Below are positions 28,482-44,556 of a stretch of 64,000 nt of DNA, piece after piece. Position numbers and translations under genes: made by a program. Numbering within the stretch: position 1 is the first letter of the stretch; every line of letters starts with the position of its first letter. The notes beneath the pieces are model-generated. The model was not told the DNA's origin. It searched no databases and saw only the letters and a list, made by a program, of their open reading frames with translations. Origin of the DNA: the human T2T-CHM13v2.0 reference genome, Homo sapiens; assembly GCF_009914755.1 (NCBI RefSeq), contig NC_060933.1. One strand, written 5' to 3'.

Positions 28482-30035
28482 CCTACTATGTTCTAGGTCA
28501 TTCTGTTTTACCTGTGTTCACTCATTTAATTCTCACAATGTATTATAATAATACTAATGTTGCTATTATTAACAGTGTAAGTACTCTCGGAATACTAATT
28601 TTACTTAGAAAGAAACCAAGGAACAAAGAGGTTAGGTGACTTGCCCTAGTAGCTGCAGAGCTACTAGGTGGATTGGAACCCAGGTGGGCTGGCTCCTAAC
28701 TGGCTTTTAGCCACGAGGCTCTACCCTCTTCCTCTCCACATGTGAGAGTTCACCATAAATTAACACGTTAAACAGAAGGACAGGCACAGAGAGAGTCAGA
28801 AACCCAGGCTCCCTCATGGGGATGTGGCAGGCCAGTTTTCTGCTTTACCCCTCAATTTTCTCATCTGTAAAAGGGGTTAATAATTCCTGTACGGCCACAC
28901 CCCCTCCCAAGGCTGTGGTGAGGATTAAGAGGGTGATGGAGATAATGACTGGGCATGAATTCAAGAGGGAGGGGCCACATGAAATGGTAGTAGGGGCTTC
29001 CATTTACCTGGGCTCACCTGGCCTGCCCAAGCTCATAGGTCAATTGTAACACCCCACTATCTGCCATTTGTATGGCTCTTTACAGACAGAAACCTGAGGC
29101 TCAGAGGGAAGTACCTTGCTCTAGGTCATAAAGCTCAGGTTGTGTAAGGTGAGAAGGAACTCAGCAGAGCCAGCAGCAGCTCCTCTCTCTCTAGTTTGCA
29201 TTATATTTGAAATTTATCACAACAGAAGCAACAGGAGACACGTGAAGACGGCCAGAGTCAGGTCTGGAACCAGGGTGTCTGTGTCCATTGTCCTCATTCT
29301 TAACCGGGGTGCTATGTATGATACACAGTTGGGTGAAGGCTGAGCTTCACTGAGGCTGGAGAGCGCTCATGTTCCCACTCAGGCCCCATCGCCCATCTGC
29401 AGATGGTGGCCCCTCCACAGGTGGGCAATGAGGCCTGAGTGTAGACATCCAAGGGAGATAAGAGGTGCTAAAGTCTGGTGGGCCAGGGAGTTGGCTCTGA
29501 ATCTGCATCTTTGGACCAGGTCATAGGAATCCAACTGTCTGCTCCTTGCTTCACAGCTCCTTCCCTAGCCACTATGAATGGGCCCAGAAAGAACTCAGGC
29601 TGGTGACGATGGGTAATCAGACCTGCTTGTAGAACATTAGAGCTCACTTAGAGCTTCGAATCAGCCTAGAGGCCAATGTCCATCAACTGATGTGGGGAGG
29701 TTGGAGGTTTCTGAGGGAGAGATAGGAGCATTTGCAAGGAAGCAGGACTCCTGAAAAGAAAGGGATAAAGATTCCCAGCCCTATAAGAGTTACAAGTACT
29801 GAAGCATACCTAGTGGCCTGGAGTGGTCCTGAGCAAGGCACAATAACAAGGATGAACCAGGAAGAGGACTCCACACAGAATTCACGAAGGGAGGGAGATG
29901 GCACCAGCTGGCTTACATCTACACTGAGGCAAAGGATGGGAGAGGACATGAAGGTAGGTGGTGCTTTATCCTTCTTATAAATCTAAACATTAATAAAATC
30001 CAGCGCCTCGAACGCTGCATCCTCTGGAGGGGAGG

Positions 30036-31640
<1,605 letters not shown>

Positions 31641-31651
31641 TAACTGGACCC

Positions 31652-32006
31652 TGTATTAGTCCATTTTCACATTGCTGATAAAGACATACCCAAGACTGGG
31701 CAATTTACAAAAGAAAGGGGTTTAATTGGACTTACAGTTCCATGTGGCTGGGGAAGCCTCACAATCAAGGTGGAAGGCAAGGAGGAGCAAGTCATGTCTT
31801 ACGTGGATGGCAGCAAGCAAAAAGAGAGCTTGTGCAGGAAAACTCCCCCTTATAATAACCATCAGATCTCATGAGATTTACTCACCATCCTGAGAACAGA
31901 ACGGGAAAATCTGCCCCCATAATTCAATTACCTCCCACTGGGTCCCTCCCACAACACATGGGAGTTCAAGATGAGATTTAGGTGAGGACACAGCCAAACC
32001 TTATCA
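31652..32006 (-). mobile_element. THE1 (THE1A-like) MaLR solo LTR
   Basis: TGTATTAGTCC...AAACCTTATCA, 355 bp; perfect 5-bp TSD GACCC (31647-31651 / 32007-32011). Confidence 0.95.
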
Positions 32007-32536
32007 GACCCTGACTGACATAGTCTATGTGTGTACTCTAATTTACTCACATATTCTTCTATTGATTGACATTTTAGATTGACATTATTTATGGTTGCTA
32101 GCAAGGCTGCAAGCCTTATTTGTCTGCTGGGCACATATAAGAGCATATTTCTCAGACAAAGACCTAGAAGTGGCTTTGCTGGATGAAAAGGTCTTGTTTA
32201 CTTAATAAAGGGCCAGGGAAAACCAGGCCCAGACAGGGAAAGGATTTACTCAGGCTTACACAGAAAGTCCATGGTGGAGCTGGAATTGGGCACCTGCTCC
32301 CATGCTCTCTGGTTACAAAATGTAGAATTTTCCCTTGCTTCCTTGTCTTTCAGTCAATGCCCATCTTTACCTTGGTATACAGAAATGGCAGAGACTGAAT
32401 TAGGTCAGGGTGATGAGATCTTTAGAGAAAAGTGATCAGCAGAAGGGAGGGCTCAGAGAAGGTGGCCACTGTCACCCTCACCCTCATCAGGGCTTCCATT
32501 CCTAACTCAGAATTGCAGCAAAAGAAACAGGTGGCA

Positions 32537-32858
<322 letters not shown>

Positions 32859-33702
32859 AGGAAAAAGAAAGAGCAAGCAAGCAGAGGGAGGAGGCTTCAC
32901 CTTTCCTAATGCACATAGTCTGGCTAACAATAAGAGAGTAGGCTGGGCTTCTGGTTCCAAAATGGCAGCGTAGAAGCAAGCTGGCTTCACTGCCCCCTAC
33001 GTAGGAAACCAAAAATAAATATACAGTGCCAAGATTATCACCAGTAATATCCCAGAACTCAAGAATGAAGATGAAACAGTTCCTGGGGCCACAGAGAATT
33101 GAAAAATCTCTAAGCAGACAGTAAGAAAAATTGAGCTTCACAATTGTGAACCCCTTCTCCCATTCTTCCCAGCACCAAGAGCATGAAAAAATTTCCCCCA
33201 ACACACAATGTCTACAGTAGAAAAAGTGAGATCGAGGTGGACAACCAGCTTCCCCACCACCTTGGTTTCCCTGGCAGTAGACCTCTGCCTAAACCATGGG
33301 AAGCATCACTAAGTGACCAAAGAGAGAACTATCCCTGAGGACAGGCAGACAGAAAGTGGGGAGGTGAGACAAGCATCCTCATCTCTGGAAATTCTGCTTT
33401 GTAACTTTGCCAAAGGAGACATTAAATCAGAGTGGTGGTTCATTTGCACTATGCTGTAGGAGGTCCATTCCACAGGTCCCCTGGGCACAAACCCCTAGCC
33501 AGGCTTCCCACACTGCTGAGAAACCCCATTTAGGAAGGGCAGTGCTCCAATCATTTACTACAGCCAAAGCAAATGTGGGCTTAAGATGCCATCTAGAGCC
33601 AAAAAGAAGACAGTGATTTAGCAATAAAGAACCTCTAAGCAAATATATCCAATAAAAGCAAAACAAGCTATATGGAGATTAAAATGAATAACGAATCCCT
33701 CA

Positions 33703-34610
33703 ATGCAAAGACATAGACACACATCCACAAGAACCAACAGCAGACAGAGAACCATGAACTCTCCAAATGGACAAAGCAAGGAATCAGTAATGGACCCCAG
33801 CAAGACAATGATGTGTGAGCTCTCTGAGCAACAATTCAAAATAGCAGTTTTAAGGACACTCAGGGATCTTCAAGGTAATGCGGGAAAGCAATTTAGAAGT
33901 TTATTAGAGAGATTCAACAAAGAGATTGAAATAACAAAATAATCAAACAGAAATCTTAAAACTGAGAAATACATTTGCTGAATTGAAAAATTCATTAGAG
34001 GCTCCCAACAGCAAAATAGATCAAGCAGAGGAAAGAATCAGTGAGCTTGAAACCAGGCTATTTGAAAATACACAGTCAGAGGAGAAAAAAATAATGAAAA
34101 GCAAACAAGATATAGAAAATTACCTCAAAAGACCAAATCTAAGCGTTATTGATGTTCAAGATGGAGCTGAGAAAGAGCAAGAGGTGGAAAGCTTATTTAA
34201 AGAAATAATAACAGAAAACTTTCCAAAACTTGAGAAAGATATAAACATCCAGGTACAGGAAGGCCGGAGAACACCAGACAGATTTGATTCAAACAAGGTT
34301 ACTCCAAGGCATATCATAATCAAACTCTCAAATGTCAAGGACAAAGAGAAGATCCTAAAAATAGCAAGAGAAAAGAAGCAAGTAAAATATAAAGTCTTTC
34401 TGGCAAGAGACTTCTCAATGGAAACCATATAGGTCAGGAGGGAGTGACATGACATTTTTAAAGTGCTGAAAGGAAAAAACTACCATCAAAAAATACTGTA
34501 TCAAGCAAAGTTATTCTTCAAAAATGAAGGAGAGATAGACTTTTCCAGACAAACAAAAGCTGAGAGAATTCACCACCACCAGGTTCATCTTACAAGAAAT
34601 GCTAAAGGTT
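33703..34610 (+). pseudogene. Disrupted L1 ORF1p
   Basis: ORFs 33703-33942 and 33983-34432 contain IDQAEERISELE, KRPNL, ENFPKLEKDINIQVQE and TPRHIIIKL; stops and frameshifts present. Confidence 0.92.
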
Positions 34611-35069
34611 TTCGGATAATATCTACTGTAAGGAAAAAAAAGAAAGAAAGAAATGCTAAAGGGAGTTATTCAATCTGAAAGAAAAAAACACTAATATGCA
34701 AAAACAAAACAAAATTTAAAATATTTGAAGGTATAAAACACACTGGTAAAATTAAGTACATGCACAAATGCAGAATACTCTAATATTGTAATTGTGGTAT
34801 GAAATGCACTTATAACTCTAGTATGAAACCCAAAATATAAATCTGTCAAAAACAATAATAGCTACAACAACCTGTTAAGAGACAGGTAATATAAAAATAT
34901 GTAAATTGAAACAACTAACAGTCAAAATGTGGAGGCGATGGAGTTACAATGTAAACTTTTATTTTCATTTTTTCTTTGTTTCTATTCTATGTGATCTAAA
35001 ATAAGATATCTTCTCTTTAAAATAATGTTACATCTATAAGTTTTTTTTTTGTAAACCGCATGGTAATCA

Positions 35070-35507
<438 letters not shown>

Positions 35508-35987
35508 TCAGAAAACAAGCAACAGAATGACAGTAGTGAGTCCTTAGTTGTCAATAATAGTACTAAATATAAAGGAACTCAATTCTCCAATTAAAAGGAA
35601 GAGAGTGGCTGAATGGATAGAAATGAGATCCAACTATATGCTGCCTACAAGAAACCCACCTGTAAAGATAGACTGAAAATGAAGGGGTAAAAAAAGAGTC
35701 CGTACAACTGGAACCAAAAAAAAAAAAAAAAAAGCAGAAGTAGCTATAGCTATAGTTAGATAAATAGACTACAAGTCAGTCAAAGATTGTAAAAAGAGAC
35801 AAAGAAAGTCACTATATAATGATAAAGGGGTCAGTTTCTCAAGCAGATGTAACAATTTTAAATATGTAGGCACTCAACACCAGAGATCCCAAATATGAAA
35901 AGCAATCTAAAGCAAGAGATAGATTGCAATACAATAATAGTAGGGGACTTTAACACCCCACTGTCAGTGATGGAAAGATCATTCAGA

Positions 35988-36180
35988 TTCTCTACAATAA
36001 ATTTTTTAAATTAGCTGGGTGCGGTGGTGCATGCCTGTAGTTCTAGGTACTTAGGAGGTTGAGATGGGAGGATCACTTGAGCCCAGGAGTTCAAGGCTTC
36101 AGTGAGGTAAGATTACACCACTGCACTCCAGCCTGGGTGACAGAGTGAGACTGTCTCTTAAAAAACAAAAATAAACAAAG
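35988..36180 (+). mobile_element. Alu right arm only (AluJ/FRAM-like) at an L1 deletion junction
   Basis: Begins at TCTCTACA plus linker; no left arm. Confidence 0.88.
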
Positions 36181-37363
36181 CCGAAGAATTAATGCCAATT
36201 CTACTCAAACTCTTCAAAAAGATAGAGGAGGAATACTTCCAAACTCATTCTATCTATGAGGCCAGCATTACCCTGATATCAAAACCAGACAAGGATACAG
36301 CAAGAAAAGAAAACTGTAGGCCAATATTTCTGATGAACCAAGATGCAAAAATTCTCAATAAAATACTAGCAAACCAAATTCTACAACACACTAAAGAGAT
36401 CATTAACCATGATCAAGTGGGATTTATCCCCGGTATGCAAGGATGGTTCAACATACACAAATCAATAAACATAATACATGACATTCACAGAACCAAGAAC
36501 TAAGAATGAAAAACATATGACTATTTCAATAGATGCCAGAAAGGCATTTGATAAAATTCAACATCCATTTATGATAAAGACCTTCATCAAACTGGGAATG
36601 GAAGGAATATACCTCAAAATAATAAAGGTCATATATAACAAATCCATAGCCAACATTGTTCTGAACAGGGAAAAATTGAAGGCCTTTCCTCTGAGATCTG
36701 GAACAAGACAAAGATGCCTATTTTTTACCACTTTTATTCAACGTAATACTGGAAGTCCTGGCCAGAGCAAGTAGGCAAGAGAAAGAAATAAAGGGCATCC
36801 CAATTGGAAAGGAAGAAGTCAGATTAGCCTTGCTCTCAGACAACAGGATCTTATATTTAGAAAAACCTAAGGACTCCACCAAAAAAACTGTTAGAACTGA
36901 TAAATGAATTCAGTAATGTTGCAGGATACAAAATCAGCATACAAAATTCAGTAGCATTTATATATGCCAACAGTGAATAATCTGAGAAAAATTGAGAAAT
37001 CTGTTTACAATAGCTATAAAGAATATAAAATACGCAGAAATCAATTTAGCCAAAGAACTGAAACATCTATACAAGGAAAACTATAAAACACTGATGAAAG
37101 AAATTGAAGAGGACACCAAAAAATGGAAAAATATTCCATGCTCATGGATTGGAAGAATCTGTATTGAAATGACAATACTACCCAAAGCAATTTACAGATT
37201 CAATGCAATGCTTATCAAAATACTAATGACATTCTTCAAGAAATAGGAAAAAAAATCCTAAAATCTATATGGAAATTCAAAAGACCCTGAATAGCCTAAA
37301 CAATTCTGAGCAAAAAGAACAAAGCTGGAGGCCTCACACTACCTGACTTCAAAACTTACTGCA

Positions 37364-37687
<324 letters not shown>

Positions 37688-37851
37688 TTAGCATGGTACT
37701 GGCTATACAGATAGGTACAGATACATACATGGAACAGATCAGAGCACCCAGATATAAATCCATGCATTGTCAGTCAAGAACATGCAATAAATATCTTTTC
37801 AATATATGAGGCTGGGAAAACGGGATAACTATATGCATAAGAATGAAACTT

Positions 37852-38376
<525 letters not shown>

Positions 38377-41046
38377 TCAAGCTAAAAAGCTTCTGCACAG
38401 CAAAGGAAACAATCAACAAAGTGAAGAGACAACCCACAGAATGAGAGAAAATATTTGCAAACTACTCATCTGACAAAGGATTAATAACCAGATTGTGTAA
38501 GGAGCTCACACAACTCATTAGCACAAACCCAAATAATATGATTTAAAAATGGATAAAAGATCTGAATAGATATTTCTCAAAAGAGACATACAAATGGCCA
38601 ACAGATATATGAAAAAATGCTTAACATCACTAGTCATCAGAGAAATGCAAATCAAAACCACAATGAGATATCATCTCACCTCAGATAAAATGGCTTTTTT
38701 TTCATTCCCACTGTTGGGAATGCAAAATATATACTTATATACTTAGAAAAACCTAAGGACCTTAGAAAAAATCTAAGCTATATATCCAAAAGAAAGGAAA
38801 TCAATATATTGAAAAGATACCTGCACTTCCATGTTTATTGCAGCACCATTCACAATAGCCAAAATATGAAATCAACCCAAGGGCCCATCAATGGATAAAT
38901 GGATTAAAAAACATGGTTTATATACAGAATGAAATATTATTCAGCCATAAAAAAGAATGCAATCCTGTCATTTGCAGTAACATGAATGGAACGGGAGGTC
39001 ATTATGTTAAGTGAAATAAGCCAAGTACAGAAAGACAAATATCGCCTATTCCCACCCATATGTGGGAGCTAAAAAAGTGAATCTCATTAAGATAGAGAAT
39101 AAATTGGTGGTTGCCAGAGGTTGAGAAGAGTAGTGGGGAGGAGGAGATGAAGAGAGGTTGATTAATGTGTACAAATGTAGTTTGATAGGAGAAATAAGGC
39201 TTAGTGTTAGACCGTTAAGGTGTCTATAGTTTACAATAATCTGTTGTACACTTCAAAATAGCTAGAAGAGAATAATTTGAATGTTTCTGACATAAAGGAA
39301 AGACAAATATTTAAGTGATGGATATCCCAAGTACACTGATTTGATCTTTACAAATTATATAAATGTGTTAAATTATCGCACATACCCCCAGACTATGTAC
39401 ATCTATTATGCATCAATAAAATTTTTAAAAAGGTTCAAAGAACAACAACAAAGCAGGCTGGGCTGGTGAGGAAGACAGTGACATTGCAGGCAAAAAGCTG
39501 CAACTCAGACCTGGGAGGACCATCTACAGACTTCTGGGGCTGTCATGGCCAGCAGATACACAAAGACAGCCAGAGTCACGCAGGCTGGGCTTCCTTCTCC
39601 ACTCAGCAGTGTCTTTGCAATTCTTCTAATGGAAGAAAAGAAAGGTGAGAGGAGAGAAGACCAGAGGCAGGGAGATTCCTGCGAGGCAGATGAGAAACCT
39701 GGGGCAGGGGTAATGCTAGCCCAAGGGGCAGGGGAGACAGGAGGGCAGAGCCCAAAGGCCTGAAGGATGGGTAAGTGCCAGGGAGCTATTTAGATGTGGA
39801 GAGGAGGACAGGGAGAAGCAAGGGTGCCCCGGGACTCATCTGAACCCCTGTGCGTGTGGTACTGCTGTTCACCATTCAGGAGCCAACGTTTAGCTCCTAG
39901 GGTAGGGAACAATTCTGAATTCATTTTTAGATATAGCAAGTGTCAGCTGGAGTTCTTGATGACTTCAGAATTATTACTTTTTGGGTGCAGAAAAAAGTAA
40001 CAAACTATAAAAACCTATTTTTCCCTAAGCCTTTAAGATTAATTTTGAATTTTATTATCCTAACTGTAAATCCAAATTCCCTGAAACAGCCTCATTTACA
40101 ACTCATTTTATTAAATCCCCTTAAGCCTTTTGAAGTGCATTTATATATACATGTGATGCATCTGTTTTTGTTTGGGGCACTTTGGTGCCTAACAAGCAAA
40201 ACCTTTCTAAGCACTTAAAATTATTCTTGTAAATTTAATAAATTAAAGTCATAAATATGGTGAATCTCAGATTTTCATAAACATTCCAACACTATTTACT
40301 AAACTCATCAGATTCTCTTACAACTTTTAATGCAAAATCACAAGTCAAAAATCAGTTACTTAATTACATATTTACAGTGTAATCTCAGATATGCCAAATT
40401 CTCTTACACATCACAAAACCTACAAATATCAAGTATATACAGATCATTCCTAAGTTTAACATAAATGTATTACTATTAATTGACTTCATTATTTATGTAT
40501 TTAATTTATACCTTCCAGGGGTTAAAAAGACACCTTTTCACTGTGGGAACTGCTTTCTTATCCCAAGAAAACTGAGGTTGCCAACCCAGCTACAGCACCC
40601 TCATTTCAGGTGAGCTGAGGTTCTGGGTCAGTCATTACGGTCATGCTATTGGTACCATCTCACAGGCTGCAGGTACTGGTGGCCAGAGGTAGTGGTTGGC
40701 ACTGAAGACTAAAACGTAATCATCCTGGGTGATTCCTCTCAAGCGCTTTTTAATGTGACTTCAGGGGGTTCCAAGCCCAGAGCAGGTCGACTTTCAATTC
40801 AGGCCCCTTAGATTTGAGTTATACCATGACCTAAATTACGTAATTTGAGTTTGCAACACCCCTCCCCTCAACAATTGTGTTGTACCTAGTTTCATCCAAC
40901 TTATCACTTTGTGCAATACCAAATTGAATTCCCTATTTTTTTCTTTTTGACAGGGATATCACTTATAACAAAATTTAAAATAACACCTGATTGGATTCTA
41001 TCTGACTCCATGCCTTTCTTTGCCTGGCTTGATGGTCAGTAAACTA

Positions 41047-41175
41047 ACTCTCTCTCTCTCTCTCACTCTCATATATATATATATCCCTATATAAATATGT
41101 AAAATCTATCTATATAGATATATAGAGATAGATTTTATCTCTATATATCTATATCTCTATATATCTATATAGAGA
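41047..41175. repeat. (TC)n/(TA)n low-complexity tract with internal inverted repeats
   Basis: AAAATCTATCT...AGATAGATTTT arms at 41101-41136. Confidence 0.85.
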
Positions 41176-41482
<307 letters not shown>

Positions 41483-41530
41483 TAATTTTAATGATGTTGC
41501 ATGAAAGGTGGGACAAACCAATGGAGATAT

Positions 41531-41964
41531 TGTGGTGGGCGTGTTGGTCCCTTTAAGAGAGCCTGTGACAGGGTGGAGTTGACTGACAGTTGAATCTATC
41601 ATAGCATTCACCCCAAGGCCATGCTTCCCAGGACTGCTCCCAGCTAAAGACTCAGCACAGAGGGATACAGGTGCTGGCTCCTTCCTGCCTACTACACAAT
41701 TCCTCTAACAGGCTACCTGTCTTTGGTAACTTTCCCTGGCCAAGACCTTTCTCGAGTTGCATGGTATCTGATACTCTTCCTTCCTGACAATCTTTCCTTC
41801 CCATTCTCCTTCCACAGGTGTCAGACCTGCATCATTGTCTGAAGGCTCTCCCCACCTACTCCTACTCCAGCACCCTTTCTCCTTCACAGGTGTTTCTCCT
41901 AATACATCTCTTGCACATTGGACCCTATCCTGGTGCCTGCATCTTGGAGGCCCCACCCTAGCAG
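41531..41964 (+). mobile_element. LTR16-family ERVL 5' LTR
   Basis: CACAGGTGTCAGACCTGCATC...GAAGGCTCTCCC...CTAATACATCTCTTGCACAT; followed directly by internal sequence. Confidence 0.75.
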
Positions 41965-43542
41965 AAGTAGAGTGTCAGAGAGCAGGCAGTAGAATGATGG
42001 GCTTTGGGGCCCCACTTCCTCACTGACTGGCTGTGTTAAGGAGGCTTCCATCCCAAGTGGGACACGTGGAATGTGGGACATTGATAGTCCTTGGCACAAG
42101 GTGGTGGCCCAACTGCTGAAAATTTCACAAGTGGTGACTTGGGAAAATGTCCCAGTGGAGAATAACACCCTGGATGGTACAATAGTACACATACTTGAAG
42201 GAATAGAGGGAACAAGGCCAACAAGAACTGTGGATTTGGCTGGGTTTGACAAAGGTGTGACACCCTGCAGAGGGATAGTGAGAAATTCAGGGCATTTAAC
42301 AAACAGTTAAAGGCTGAATGTGAGAGCCTGAGCTGCCCCTTTGGTAGAGCACAAAGAAATCATTACCTTTGCCATAAAACCAGACTCGGGACTTGATAGA
42401 GTTGCTGAGGGCCATAGATGTTTAGATGTCCAGGGAAGACAGGTCTATTAAGCTAAGGTAGGTCCTGGTTAGGGAAACATAAAATCTTGAAACATGAGTG
42501 GGGACCTCTGGGAGATGTCTGCAAGAATCTGCAGGGTCTGTAGACCCCTCCTGAACTGCCAGCATTTCCAGAGGTGGCCCACCTTTCTGTAGTAGGAGCT
42601 TGCATTTCCTCCTTGTAGGAAGACACTGCAGAAACCTTGCACCCCCCACACCAACCCCTCTCTCCTCAAGGAAGCAGGAGCCCTGTCCTCAGGAGCTGCT
42701 CCCCCTTTGTCAGGCTGCTAACCAGGATTAAATCCTAGAACTTGGCTTGGGACGTGCTGAGTCTGATAAGGGAGGAAAGAGATTACACCTCAAAGGAGGT
42801 GTGAGAATTAGCTAGCATGTAGCATGAGAAGCCAGGAGAGTAGCCCTGGGATTGGATTTTGGGGGTGCTTGACCAGGAGGCTGGAACATGTGACTAAATA
42901 AGAGATAATTTGTTGACCTGGGGGCACTTTTTTGGGACACTGAGACTTAACACCCCAGCAAGGACTCCAGGGTTAGAGGCAAATTCATTGCTAGGGTGGC
43001 TCTTAGAAGAAGACTGGCAATGCTGATGGACAACCTGAGCAAGGTGAAGATGCTGGAGTTACCTTGGCAGGTGGTAGAAGGAGGGTTCAGAGGCTCAGGG
43101 AGGTGAGCATGCTGGAGTCGATATCTTATATGAGGCCGGAAGATCCACCCGAAGATTATGTTCCATGGGATGCCCCAAGGACTTGACATTCACCAAACCA
43201 TCAGGTTTTTTCTGGTGACTGGAGCATCCACACCCCTAAGTGGTGGCTGTCCTCTGCCAACCAGGGTTGACAGGAGGACAGGCAGTCACAGAGCTGGGTT
43301 TGTAGACAGCCATGAACATCATAGGCCTTGAAGTAATAGAGAGGCCAGGTGGTAGCACTTGTGGGGTGGTGATGCAGGCAATATGGTAACAACCAGCCAG
43401 ACTGGAGCTTCCCACCACAGGAAGTTGTAGCGGTGTAAATAGAACATAGGGTCTATTATGGACTGGATGTGTGTTCCCCCTACCATATTCTTTTGTTGAA
43501 ACCCTAACCCTCAGTGTGATGGTGTTGAGAGCTGAGACCTTT

Positions 43543-44252
43543 GAGAGCTCATTAGGTTCAAAGTCATGAGGATGGAGCCCCCATAATGGGATTGGTGCCT
43601 TTATAAGAAGAGGAAGAGACCAGAGCTCACTGTCTTTCTGCCATGTAAGGATACATCAAGAATGCAGCCATCTGCAAGCCAGGAAGAGGGCCTTCTCCAG
43701 GAATAGAATCAGCCAGCACCTTGATCTTGGACTTCCCAGCATCCAGAACTGTGAGAAGTAAGTGTCTGTTGTTTAAGCCACCCAATCGATGGTATTTTGT
43801 CATTGCAACCTATGATTAATTTTAGGTGTCAACTTGACTGGATTGACGGATACCCAGATGGCTGGTGAAGCATTGTTTCTGGGTGTGTCTGTGAGGGTGC
43901 TTCCAGAGGAGACTGAAGTGTGAGGCAGTGGACTGACAGAGGAAGAGCCACCCTTAATATGGGTGGACACTCTCTAGTCAGCTGGGGGCCTGACTTGGAC
44001 ATTCAGGCAGAAGAAGAGGGATTCTCTCTCTCTCCCTTCTGGAGAGACTCTTGGACTGGGAAGTCCAAGATCAAGGTGCTGGCTGATTCTATTCCTGGAG
44101 AAGGCCCTCTTCCTGGCTTGCAGATGGCTGCATTCTTGATGTATCCTTACATGGCAGAAAGACAGTGAGCTCTGGTCTCTTCCTCTTCTTATAAAGGCAC
44201 CAATCCCATTATGGGGGCTCCATCCTCATGACTTTAAACCTAATGAGCTCTC
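43543..44252. repeat. Long inverted repeat: 197-bp arms, 196/197 identical, 316-bp spacer
   Basis: 44056-44252 is the reverse complement of 43543-43739; single mismatch at 43559/44236. Confidence 0.97.
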
Positions 44253-44556
44253 TTTCCTCTTCCAGCCCCTGGACATCAGACTCCAGATTCTTTGGCTTTT
44301 AGACTCTGGGACTTGCACCAGCATCCTCCAGGGGACTGTCTGGCCTTTGGCCTCGAACTGGGGCTGCATCATGGGCTTCCCTGGTTCTGAGGCTTCTAGA
44401 CTTGTCCTGAGCCATGCTACCAGCATTTCTGGTTCTCCAGCTTGCTGATGGCCCATCAAGGGACTTTCTCACCTCTGTAATCATGTGAGCCAATTCTCCC
44501 TAATAAATCCCTTTTCATATATCCTATAGGTTCTGTCTCTCTGAAGATGAATACAC
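43811..44556 (+). mobile_element. MLT2B-like ERVL LTR carrying an inverted MLT1A copy
   Basis: ATTTTAGGTGTCAACTTGACTGGATT start; AATAAA 44502-44507; ends AATACA; TSD CAACC / CAGCC. Confidence 0.88.

Noticed and set aside
39590-39655. Possible micro-exon (CTTCCTTCTCCACTCAG ... AAG|GTGAGA)
   Set aside because: Such splice-site pairs occur by chance; there are no partner exons or transcript evidence.
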